In this document: piece after piece, positions 30,203 through 38,938 of the stretch | How positions within the stretch are numbered: the stretch's first letter is position 1 | How the letters are laid out: each line of letters starts with the position of its first letter | Source: Candidatus Heimdallarchaeota archaeon | Lineage (GTDB): Archaea > Asgardarchaeota > Heimdallarchaeia > JABLTI01 | NCBI GenBank assembly: GCA_018238155.1 | Contig: JABCTZ010000007.1 | Coordinates: forward strand, 96,001 to 160,000 | Reading direction: 5' to 3' | Length of the DNA: 64,000 nucleotides | Made by a program: the position numbers and the translations under genes | The notes under the pieces: model-generated | The model's input: only the letters and a program-made list of their open reading frames with translations | What the model was told of the DNA's origin: nothing | Database searches by the model: none

Positions 30203-30240
30203 AAATCTAAATTCTATTCTCTTTTTCTTATTTTTATTAC
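30197..30240 (+). terminator. Hairpin plus T-tract after EF-1alpha
   Basis: GAATAGAA-ATCTAAA-TTCTATTC followed by TCTTTTTCTTATTTTT. Confidence 0.55.
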
Positions 30241-30314
30241 TTCTTATATTCATCTGGAAAAGATTTTTTAATTCAATGCCTCTGAAGATTAATTAAAAAC
30301 ATAAATATAACTTG

Positions 30315-30334
30315 GATACCAATATATTGTTATC
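30315..30334. promoter_or_regulatory. Near-perfect 20-bp palindrome upstream of the PadR gene (probable autoregulatory operator)
   Basis: GATACCAATATATTGTTATC (one mismatched pair), flanked by TATAACTTGGA / TATAACTTTGGA direct repeats. Confidence 0.55.
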
Positions 30335-30361
30335 TAACTATAACTTTGGAGTTGTGATTTT

Positions 30362-31033
30362 TTGCCTGGAAAAAGTGAGAGTAGTCATCGCAGTAATAGA
30401 AATTCTGTACCTGAAATAGGACATGAGTTAATATCAGGTTTAACACAATTATTGGTTCTTCTAATCCTTAAAAAAGGCCCTCAGCATGGGTATGAGCTTG
30501 CAAGTATGCTTGAACCAGTTTATGGTCGAAGACTTTCTCCTGGTACTATTTATCCACTTCTCCAAAGGATGAAAACAAAAGAGTATATTCAAAGTAAATC
30601 TACAGTAGTATCTGGTCGTAAAAGGAAAACTTATGTTGTTACTCGTTTAGGTCGAATTGCGATGGATAATGCTCAAGATAGTTTGCATTGCATTATTAAT
30701 AACAAAGCTCCTAATCTAGATACAGATGCCCCTGGAGAAGAGTTGCTGAAAAGTCTAGCTCAATTTAGAATTTTACTAATACTTAAGCTATCTCCTTTAC
30801 ATGGATATGAATTGGTTGAAAAACTAGCTAATTATTTTGGACAGAAAATTGCACTCGGCACCATTTATCCTTCACTTCATCGCTTAGTTGATAAGGGATA
30901 TATCATGGGTAAATCACACTGGGAAGGCGATCGAGAACGAAAAGTCTATGAATTGACAGAAACAGGTAAAAATGCAACCAAAATCGCTCTTGTTGAAGTT
31001 ACACGAATTGTTGATGATACAATATTTAATTAA
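30362..31033 (+). CDS. Tandem double-PadR transcriptional regulator
   Basis: Two copies of HGYEL...GTIYP.L.R...G.R.RK.Y..T..G. Confidence 0.9.
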   Translation: MPGKSESSHRSNRNSVPEIGHELISGLTQLLVLLILKKGPQHGYELASMLEPVYGRRLSPGTIYPLLQRMKTKEYIQSKSTVVSGRKRKTYVVTRLGRIAMDNAQDSLHCIINNKAPNLDTDAPGEELLKSLAQFRILLILKLSPLHGYELVEKLANYFGQKIALGTIYPSLHRLVDKGYIMGKSHWEGDRERKVYELTETGKNATKIALVEVTRIVDDTIFN

Positions 31034-31172
31034 TATTTATGTTCTTTTAATCCACCTCGACCTAAATCGATAATTCTTCGTTAATGAAAAATGCTTTAAA
31101 TCAAGAAAAATAAAAGAAATAGTATCAATCCAGAACATTGAACTTTAATTGCTATTACTATTGGTGTAAATA

Positions 31173-31622
31173 ATGCGTGAAAATCACTTCATTTGGTTCA
31201 TAACTAGCAGCGTATTAGGTGTACTTTTTATTATTTGGGCTTCAATTGCACCAAGCCTTCCTCTTGTTCCTGGCGATATTTGGATGTTAATTCCGGGTAT
31301 AATATTAGTCGTAATCGGTTTATTAGGTATCTTTGATAGTATGGTTTCTGATAGAGTGTTTTTGAAATATCTCTCTAAAATGGAAAACGAGCGAATTAGT
31401 TTGACCAATCTTTCAATAGATCTAAATATTGAAATTTCTGATTTGCGTGAACTTTTACTAACTCTACGTAGTCAAGGTAAATTAAAGGTTTTTTTTGACG
31501 AAAAAACCGGTGAAATAGTTTCTTCAAAGCTATATCAAGGAATAATCTGTTCTTTCTGTGGTGAACCTCAATCTGCAGAACAATTTTGTTCTTTCTGCGG
31601 TACAGAAAAACTTGAAGAATAA
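31173..31622 (+). CDS. Two-TM protein with cytoplasmic wHTH/PCI-like domain and Zn ribbon
   Basis: Two hydrophobic helices; RISLTNLSIDLNI...GKLKVFFDEKTGEI; CSFCG...FCSFCG. Confidence 0.7.
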   Translation: MRENHFIWFITSSVLGVLFIIWASIAPSLPLVPGDIWMLIPGIILVVIGLLGIFDSMVSDRVFLKYLSKMENERISLTNLSIDLNIEISDLRELLLTLRSQGKLKVFFDEKTGEIVSSKLYQGIICSFCGEPQSAEQFCSFCGTEKLEE

Positions 31623-31663
31623 ATCATTGTAAATAGTAAATTGAAAAAACTGAGCTGGAAAAA

Positions 31664-32632
31664 ATGGGTAAAAAGTTCAAAGGAATCGGTTGTCCCTGTG
31701 TTACCCCGTTCAATCAAGATGAAAGTTTAGATTTAATTGGATTAAGAGAGTTAATTGACTTTTTAATTAATTCTGAAATTAATGCAATAATCCCTACAGG
31801 TAGTAGTGGGGAACATTATTCTTTAAGTGATGAAGAATATCATCAAGTAATTGATACGGTACTAGATCAAGTAAATGGTGCTGTGCCAGTCTATATCGGT
31901 CTTCCCTCTGAATCTAAAATAAGGTTACTAGAAATTGCTAAATATGCTACAGATGCAGGTGCAGATGGGTTTGTAGTTTACCCCCCAAAAATCCCTACGC
32001 TTTCAGCTCAAGAATTGATTTCCCATTATGAATCAATAAGTAAGAATATTACTAATTTCACCTTATTTGTGAATAATCCTGATGGGTGTGGTATAGATTT
32101 ACCCGTTGAATCTATTAGAAGGATTTCTAAATTCGCTCATACAGTTGGAATGGTTGAGCTTAGCAGTGATTTCAAGAAAATCTCTCAAATAAGCTCAGAA
32201 GTAAGTGATGATTTTCGAGTATATACTGGTAGAGGTTTGCTGTTTCCTCAAGCTCTAAAAGAAGGTGGAGTTGAGGGCGCTATTATTCCAAGTGCAAATG
32301 TCGTTCCAAATTTACACGTTGAATTATATGAAGCTTTCAATGTTGAGATGAAAGAACGTTTTGAAGAAATACAAACCAAACTTCTCCCTCTTGAAATTGG
32401 TTTAAAGCTTGGATCATTTCCTTCTGCAATAAAAGCTAGTTTGAACCTTCTTGGGGTCAATGTTGGCAATCCACGTAAACCCCTTTTTCCACTTTCTGAT
32501 AGTGATTTAGAGAAATTACGAAATATTTTAGTTGCATCAGGTTGTCTAAGACCTCCAGCTAAAGAAGAGGAAGAATCTCCAAAAAAGAATAAGGAAACCG
32601 TTTCAACCAATAAAAAGAAGAATGGTAAGTAA
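31664..32632 (+). CDS. DapA/NanA-family TIM-barrel protein lacking the Schiff-base lysine
   Basis: TPF..D, GSSGE, DG.VV.PP, G.PR.PL motifs; VGMVELS where the family has VGIK(D/E)S. Confidence 0.85.
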   Translation: MGKKFKGIGCPCVTPFNQDESLDLIGLRELIDFLINSEINAIIPTGSSGEHYSLSDEEYHQVIDTVLDQVNGAVPVYIGLPSESKIRLLEIAKYATDAGADGFVVYPPKIPTLSAQELISHYESISKNITNFTLFVNNPDGCGIDLPVESIRRISKFAHTVGMVELSSDFKKISQISSEVSDDFRVYTGRGLLFPQALKEGGVEGAIIPSANVVPNLHVELYEAFNVEMKERFEEIQTKLLPLEIGLKLGSFPSAIKASLNLLGVNVGNPRKPLFPLSDSDLEKLRNILVASGCLRPPAKEEEESPKKNKETVSTNKKKNGK

Positions 32633-32671
32633 ATAGTATTTATTACAGAATATTGTATTGAGTGTTCTATT

Positions 32672-33949
32672 ATGTCTTTCGAACTTATTTATTCCATCAT
32701 AATTCCCATAGTAACTCTTGCTGCTTTGCTTTATGCAGGAATTGAGGATATTCTCCATAGAGAGATTCGAAGAGAAATTGTCTGGATTATTATGGTTATC
32801 GTTGGATTAGTAATGGATACTTTATATGTCATTAATGCAGAAGATCAAAATAAGGCTCTGCTTCTGATCTTAATTACTGTTGTTTTAGGATTTTTAATTG
32901 GGTTTGTTTTGTTTTATCTTGGTGTATGGGGTGGTGCTGATACCAAAGCACTATGGGCGCTCTCAATACTTACTCCTATTAATCCTCTTACTAGTAATTT
33001 AATAAACATTAATTTGCCCGATTTATTGATAATAAATATCATTGACTCAATGGTATTTTCTTTATTGTTGAATGCTGGACTTGTAGCTATTTTTTATCCA
33101 ATAATTCTGATGGTAGTAAATACTATTTCAGCATCAAAGGAATCACTCTTTGAAGAAGTAAGGGGAACTACATCCCAAAAAATCAGATGTTTCTTCTTCG
33201 GATATAAAAAGAATATAAGCAAAATTAATGAGAAAAAAATACATTTTGATTTTCTAGAAGAATTCAGTGATAGAGAATTTGAAGGTAAATTTGAAGGTGG
33301 TTTTGAAGGTCGATTAGATGGTAAATTCATTGGTATTTTTGATGGTGAGTTAATAGGTGAATTTACTGGAAAAGCAACTGGGGTGATTCAATTGTCTGAT
33401 ACAATAGATTTCGAACAACTATCTTTTGATAATGCTATTGCCAAAGCTAAACAGTTTACAAAAGAATTTGAACTCAGAAAAGATGATGATGAAACAGTAC
33501 CTGCTCTCTTAACGAAATATCGCAGGACGTTTGAAGGAACAGAAGACGCCGTTTTAGATTCTAAGGAATATATAATCAATATTGATGGTAGACATACTCA
33601 TCCAATTAAAGGATGCTTCATTGGTACACTTGAAGGAATTTTCGAAGGCAAGTTATCTGGTAAAATGTTTGGTAAATTAGTAGGCGATTTTGAAGGTCAA
33701 TCATCAAAAGGAAAAATAATTGGCAATACTACCAAGAACTCTCAAAATTGGCAACTAAATATACGAATGGGTTTAGATGAAGATGAAGTTATGGAACAAA
33801 GACAATTGAGAACTCTTTGGCAACTAAGAAAACAAAACAAGAAATCAGTCTGGGTAACCCCTGGAATACCTTTTGTTTCTTTAATGTTTTTAGGCTATAT
33901 TCAGTATTTGTTGTATGGCAATATTGCTCTACTTTTATTCAATTTATAA
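32672..33949 (+). CDS. Prepilin/preflagellin peptidase (A24, PibD/FlaK-like) with Gly-repeat insertion
   Basis: EDI..REI first Asp, GVWGGADTKA GxGD motif, C-terminal VWVTPGIPF. Confidence 0.88.
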   Translation: MSFELIYSIIIPIVTLAALLYAGIEDILHREIRREIVWIIMVIVGLVMDTLYVINAEDQNKALLLILITVVLGFLIGFVLFYLGVWGGADTKALWALSILTPINPLTSNLININLPDLLIINIIDSMVFSLLLNAGLVAIFYPIILMVVNTISASKESLFEEVRGTTSQKIRCFFFGYKKNISKINEKKIHFDFLEEFSDREFEGKFEGGFEGRLDGKFIGIFDGELIGEFTGKATGVIQLSDTIDFEQLSFDNAIAKAKQFTKEFELRKDDDETVPALLTKYRRTFEGTEDAVLDSKEYIINIDGRHTHPIKGCFIGTLEGIFEGKLSGKMFGKLVGDFEGQSSKGKIIGNTTKNSQNWQLNIRMGLDEDEVMEQRQLRTLWQLRKQNKKSVWVTPGIPFVSLMFLGYIQYLLYGNIALLLFNL

Positions 33950-34037
33950 CCAAATTAAACAAGAAACACTATTTTATTTATAAAAATGAGCGAAGAATTT
34001 TTTATTAAGAAGAAAAAATGACACAAGGTAAGGACAA

Positions 34038-35420
34038 ATGAATGATTATGTTATCGTAGGTGCTGGTCCCTCTGGGATCTTTTGTGCACTAGAACTTCTT
34101 AAACAAGGTGTAACTAAAATTACCCTTATTGATCGAGGCAAGGAAGTCTACAAAAGGAAATGCCCTCGACGAGAACGAAATATTGAATGCGTAGCCTGTT
34201 CTATTTGTGACATTACAAGTGGTTTTGGTGGAGCAGGAGCTTGGTCCGATGGTAAGATTACAAAAGATATCACTGGTACCGTTGGAGGTTGGATGACTGA
34301 TTTTCTCACTCATGAAGAACTAGCAAAATATACTGAATATGTTGATGAAGTTGTTCTTTCCTATAGCAATGGTGGTGATCGATATTTCTCTCCTGACCCT
34401 GAATTTGTTGATCAAAAGAAAAGCATTTGCAGAGCGGAAAACATGAAATTGATTACTTATCCTATTCGACATTTGGGAACTGATAATGCTTCTGCAATCA
34501 TGGATAATATTTACCTGTTTTTGAAAGATAAAATTAACATTATTCTAAAATCAACTGTTGATAAAATTCTTATTGAAAAAGGTAAAGCTATTGGTGTTTC
34601 AACAACAAAAGGAGAAACTTTCAAAGCGAATAAAGTAGTTATGGCAGTTGGTCGTGGTGGAACTAATTGGCTTAAAGCAGAATGTGATAGATTAAAAATT
34701 AAATACTCTAATAATGCCGTTGATATTGGTGTTCGTGTTGAAACCTTGAATGAATATTGTGCTGAGTTCACAGATAATTTATATGAATTTAAAATTGAAT
34801 ATGCAACGAAAACCTATGAGGATTCTGTTCGAACTTTCTGTGTTTGCCCTGGTGGATATGTTACAACTGAACGTTATGAGGAAACAACCTGTGTGAACGG
34901 TGAAAGTAGAACTAATGTAAAGAGTCCGAATACTAATTTTGCTATTCTCGTAACCTGCAATTTTACTGAGCCATTTAATCAACCCATTCAATATGCAAAA
35001 CATGTTGCATACCTTTCGAACATGCTCTCAGGTGGGAATTCCGTTTTAGTACAACGATTTGAAGATTTGAAGAATGGTCGACGTTCAACACCTGCTAGAT
35101 TAGCTCGTTCAGTGATCAAACCAACGTTGGAAAGTGCAATAGCAGGAGATATTACCTTTGCAATGCCAAGTAGAGTAATGAGTAATTTAAGAGATTTCTT
35201 GACTCATTTGAATGTTATAATGCCTGGAATTGATGGTCCAAATACTCTATTATATGCTCCTGAGATTAAGCTATATAGTATTCGAATTGATCTCACCAAA
35301 AATTTAGAATCCAAGGACATTAAAAATCTATACTTTTGTGGTGACGGCGCAGGAATTACTCGAGGTGTTATGCAAAGTGCTATTTCTGGAATTGTTGTTG
35401 CCAAAGCTGATAAAAAATGA
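34038..35420 (+). CDS. FAD-dependent oxidoreductase (COG2509-like)
   Basis: IVGAGPSG, GFGGAGAWSDGK, RHLGT, IGVRVE, VRTFCVCPGG, GDGAGITRG..Q. Confidence 0.9.
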   Translation: MNDYVIVGAGPSGIFCALELLKQGVTKITLIDRGKEVYKRKCPRRERNIECVACSICDITSGFGGAGAWSDGKITKDITGTVGGWMTDFLTHEELAKYTEYVDEVVLSYSNGGDRYFSPDPEFVDQKKSICRAENMKLITYPIRHLGTDNASAIMDNIYLFLKDKINIILKSTVDKILIEKGKAIGVSTTKGETFKANKVVMAVGRGGTNWLKAECDRLKIKYSNNAVDIGVRVETLNEYCAEFTDNLYEFKIEYATKTYEDSVRTFCVCPGGYVTTERYEETTCVNGESRTNVKSPNTNFAILVTCNFTEPFNQPIQYAKHVAYLSNMLSGGNSVLVQRFEDLKNGRRSTPARLARSVIKPTLESAIAGDITFAMPSRVMSNLRDFLTHLNVIMPGIDGPNTLLYAPEIKLYSIRIDLTKNLESKDIKNLYFCGDGAGITRGVMQSAISGIVVAKADKK

Positions 35421-35444
35421 TCAATACTGAACTTTGTTTATTTG

Positions 35445-36305
35445 CTAGTATTTTCTTTTCTTTTTACTAGCATTTACTTCTTTTCTTAGCGTATTTAGTT
35501 TCTTTTCTAGTTCTCTTCTATTTTCTCGGAGATTTCTTAATGTACCAATTAAAACCCCCTCGAGAGTAAATACTTCAGCATTTTCAAAATCAATTGCATC
35601 TCTCATTAGTACTATCGTTCTAAAATACTCGCTATCTATAGAATATCCTTCGATATATCTGTTAAATGGGGGAATAATAATATGAATTCTATCCGGTTTT
35701 CCTTCTAAAATATTCAACCATTTTGCTTTTACCCAAACCTTTTGAGTTATTTTAGAGCCTATTTCATCACGAAAGGTATACGCAGGATGAGCATGAGCAG
35801 AAATAGTTATGTCAGCAGTCCATACATCTAATGCAGGTGATGCATGCCCATGCCAAAGACCGATTGATTTATTTGTTTCTTTTTGCGTTAATCGAAATCC
35901 TTCAGCTTGAATAAGATTGATTTCTTCGGGAATGACTTCTTCAATTTTTCCATCATGATTTCCTTTTACTATTATTACATTTGTTTTTTTCACTAATCGT
36001 TTAAGAAACTTCCAAATTCTTCCTGCAATTGGGTGTGGTGTTCCATAAATAGCGTCTTTAAAATCACCTAGAAATATTAACGTGTCCGGTTTTTTTTCAT
36101 CAAGTAACCGAATGATATCATCTTCTGGTCGTTTTGATTCTGGAAGAATGATTCCTTTTTTGTTTCTTCCATAAACATAACCAATGTGTAAATCAGAAAC
36201 AATTAATGTTTTATTCATTTCCTTTTCATTAAACATTATTGCAGGTATCCCTGGAATAATTATTGAATTAGATTGCCCTTTCTTCTCATTGATGGACTTG
36301 GTCAT
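35445..36305 (-). CDS. Calcineurin-like metallophosphoesterase (COG1407-like)
   Basis: SDLHIG, LGD, GNHDG, HGH, AHAHP. Confidence 0.88.
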   Translation of the reverse strand: MTKSINEKKGQSNSIIIPGIPAIMFNEKEMNKTLIVSDLHIGYVYGRNKKGIILPESKRPEDDIIRLLDEKKPDTLIFLGDFKDAIYGTPHPIAGRIWKFLKRLVKKTNVIIVKGNHDGKIEEVIPEEINLIQAEGFRLTQKETNKSIGLWHGHASPALDVWTADITISAHAHPAYTFRDEIGSKITQKVWVKAKWLNILEGKPDRIHIIIPPFNRYIEGYSIDSEYFRTIVLMRDAIDFENAEVFTLEGVLIGTLRNLRENRRELEKKLNTLRKEVNASKKKRKY

Positions 36306-36354
36306 TCTTTCGGAGAATCCTCCTTATTAGTTTATCTAGTAATTATTGAGATTC

Positions 36355-37416
36355 TTAAAAGATTGCAACAAGTTTCACAAATAGAAAATCGATTAATAAC
36401 TCTAAACTTTCACGTGTAATTCCTGTTACAAAGAAAAATTCTGTTAGTTTTTTTCCATCTAATTCTTTTCCAATTATGCATTCTATCCATTCTCCATGTG
36501 TTTCTTTGAAAATAGCAATTTGGTTTGCAATTTCTTCGCTCTTAAATTCGGATATGGTATATGATTCCATTGCAACTAGATATTGCGAGAAAGGCATGTA
36601 ATAGCGAATATCCACATCCTCAAGTAGCAATCTATCTAAAAATTCCAAACAAGATATTATTCTATTCTCTTTATTTGAGAAATCAATTACAACATCTAAA
36701 ATTCTTGATAATATATCTAATCCAATTTGCAAGTTATCTGGAATTCTTCTTTGGACTATAACTTCAATTCGCGTTTTTTCTGTAGAAATACTTATTTCCT
36801 TATGAGAAAAATCTTCTTTTGACTCAAAAAATGCTTCTTTGCTTGCAATAGAAAGGCTATAGTTTGATTGTTTCAAAGAAATGATTACTTTTTGAAACAC
36901 ATTAAATTTTTCACTAACTAGTAAACGTGATGTTTCTTGTTTCGGAATAATTTCACTTTGAGTCTTAATCTTTGGTTTCCTTTCTTGTAGTGAAACAATT
37001 TCATTGTTACTTAATTTGCTTGGAAGTATGAAATTAGCGATTGAAGTTAATAACCCATTTAACATCTTAAAATATGGTCTATTATTACTTCTTTTTTTAC
37101 TTGTAGAAATAAGCACATCTAATATTTTCTCTGCCTCAATCAAATCTATAGCTGGTTGAGCTATTAATCCTAATCCAAACTGTCTTTTCTTTCTGGGGAA
37201 ATTTGGATCATCTAAAGAAATAGCTTTTGCGAATGCAGTTTTATTTCCAACTTTTCGAACAGAGAACTCATTTGCTCTTATTATCCACATTAGTAAATTT
37301 TCATTACTTGTAACATTTGGAATTTGAAAATTCTTTGGATTTTTATTTCGTATAACCGGTCCTTTTAGCGAATCAAATTCAACAAGAATTATGCCCAACT
37401 TTGTACTTTTTATCAT
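36355..37416 (-). CDS. Longin/uDENN (NPRL2/folliculin-like) domain protein with C-terminal wHTH
   Basis: IILVEFDSLKGPVI..NP.NF and DPNFPRKKRQFGLGLI match recalled NPRL2 segments IFFSEFHPTLGPKI..VP.DF and HKKYSRNALLFNLGFV; C-terminal LDGKKLTE..helix resembles NPRL2 IDGFRHIQKI. Confidence 0.72.
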   Translation of the reverse strand: MIKSTKLGIILVEFDSLKGPVIRNKNPKNFQIPNVTSNENLLMWIIRANEFSVRKVGNKTAFAKAISLDDPNFPRKKRQFGLGLIAQPAIDLIEAEKILDVLISTSKKRSNNRPYFKMLNGLLTSIANFILPSKLSNNEIVSLQERKPKIKTQSEIIPKQETSRLLVSEKFNVFQKVIISLKQSNYSLSIASKEAFFESKEDFSHKEISISTEKTRIEVIVQRRIPDNLQIGLDILSRILDVVIDFSNKENRIISCLEFLDRLLLEDVDIRYYMPFSQYLVAMESYTISEFKSEEIANQIAIFKETHGEWIECIIGKELDGKKLTEFFFVTGITRESLELLIDFLFVKLVAIF

Positions 37417-37464
37417 AAACTACACCCAAATCTAATTTAATGTTTTTTTTATTTGCTCTTTTCA

Positions 37465-38424
37465 TTAAATCTTATAGTCATTATAAGCATCTCTCAAATG
37501 TTCTAACCCTGTGCGATTTATGATTCTCGACATTCCCATTTGTGTTTTTGGAAATCCAATTAAAAGTGCTAAATAATCATCTTTTGAACAATTAATTCTA
37601 GATACAATACTATAATTTGACTCGTCCTCATCCTCAAGTACAATAATCTTTATTCCTCCAACTTCCAAATCTGTTTGGAAGTCTTCAATAGCAGAGAAAA
37701 TTTTCGCTACATAAGCAGCAAAAACGGTGGAATTTTCTACTCCTGTAAATGATTCACCAATGAGTAATCCATTTGGGTCTGTTATAAGAACGATTTTTGC
37801 ATTTGTTTGCTTTCGAACCCATTCAGCTAATTTATCAAAACTGATTCTATTTATGCCAACATGTTTAGCAATAACTTTAACAAATGGCTCATGAATTGTT
37901 TCAGGATTATGAAGTGTAGTCTCAAATATCTTGAATTGATAAATAACACTTGGGAAAAGATGTTCTAAAGGGTCAAGAATTTGTTTTTTGATGGTTAACC
38001 CATTTTCCGCTTCTTCTAGGTCTTGTTTATGAGCTAAAAGTAGAAAGTTTTTACATTCAGGGGAAAGCTGCATTAAATCTTCAATTGATCTTTGTAGTTC
38101 TTCTCTAGCTTCATTTATTCTTTCAATCTCAGATGAATCCACAACAAAAATAAATGTGCTAACATTTTCAAAGTACTCGTTTTTCATCGTCCCATGAAAT
38201 TCTCTTAATCGTAAATCTTCTTGTCCTGGTGGAATGAAAAAAATATATTTCTTTTTTAAGAATATTTTTTCTGAAATCTCGAGATCTTTACTAGGTGTTC
38301 TTCTTTGAGCAGCTTCAATTGGGATATATTTCATTATATCTTGAACTGAACTTTTCCCTGCATTATCTAATCCCGCAATTAGAACTTTCTCAATTACCAT
38401 CTCCAATTCTTGCTCTGTTTGCAT
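37465..38424 (-). CDS. Rag/Gtr1-like small GTPase fused to a C-terminal roadblock domain
   Basis: G1 GLDNAGKS, G3-like IPPGQ, YFENVSTFIFVVD, G4 HKQD, G5 ETT; C-terminal VLITDPNGLLIGES..FAAY roadblock pattern. Confidence 0.85.
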   Translation of the reverse strand: MQTEQELEMVIEKVLIAGLDNAGKSSVQDIMKYIPIEAAQRRTPSKDLEISEKIFLKKKYIFFIPPGQEDLRLREFHGTMKNEYFENVSTFIFVVDSSEIERINEAREELQRSIEDLMQLSPECKNFLLLAHKQDLEEAENGLTIKKQILDPLEHLFPSVIYQFKIFETTLHNPETIHEPFVKVIAKHVGINRISFDKLAEWVRKQTNAKIVLITDPNGLLIGESFTGVENSTVFAAYVAKIFSAIEDFQTDLEVGGIKIIVLEDEDESNYSIVSRINCSKDDYLALLIGFPKTQMGMSRIINRTGLEHLRDAYNDYKI

Positions 38425-38761
38425 AAGGAATCAATCTCATTTACTTTGGATTTTTCTTTTACCATTAAATCATGAATAATTGATTTTTTGTTAATGTTAA
38501 AGAATACTATAATTTAATTCAGATTAAAGCATTAAAAAACCACGAATTTATTTTTCATATAATAGAAAAATTTTTGTAGGAGTTAATATACTCGAATATT
38601 GCTAAATTATAAATCATATACAGAAAGCAATCATTTCAACATGAATCAAAAAAACAGGAATATTATCTTTGAACTTAATAAAAACACTTTTTTGTAAAGG
38701 ATGTATTACGGTTAGACTATTTAACGTTAAAACCATGTTGCATTATCAATAATGATAACTT

Positions 38762-38824
38762 ATTGACAAAAAGTAGATAAAAGAATTGACAAAATGGCGT
38801 TTCTTGCATAAGATTTAAAAGATA
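38762..38824 (+). promoter_or_regulatory. Direct repeats and TATA-like box upstream of rpoB
   Basis: ATTGACAAAA at 38762-38771 and 38785-38794, followed by TTTAAAA. Confidence 0.35.
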
Positions 38825-38938
38825 AAAGTTTCCGCATTGATTTCATTGCTCTTCCAGCTAAAAAGTAGCACACTTCATGATTATATTTTTGACATGAAAA
38901 GATAGCCTTAGAAGACCGTATCAGCGAGGATAAACTGA

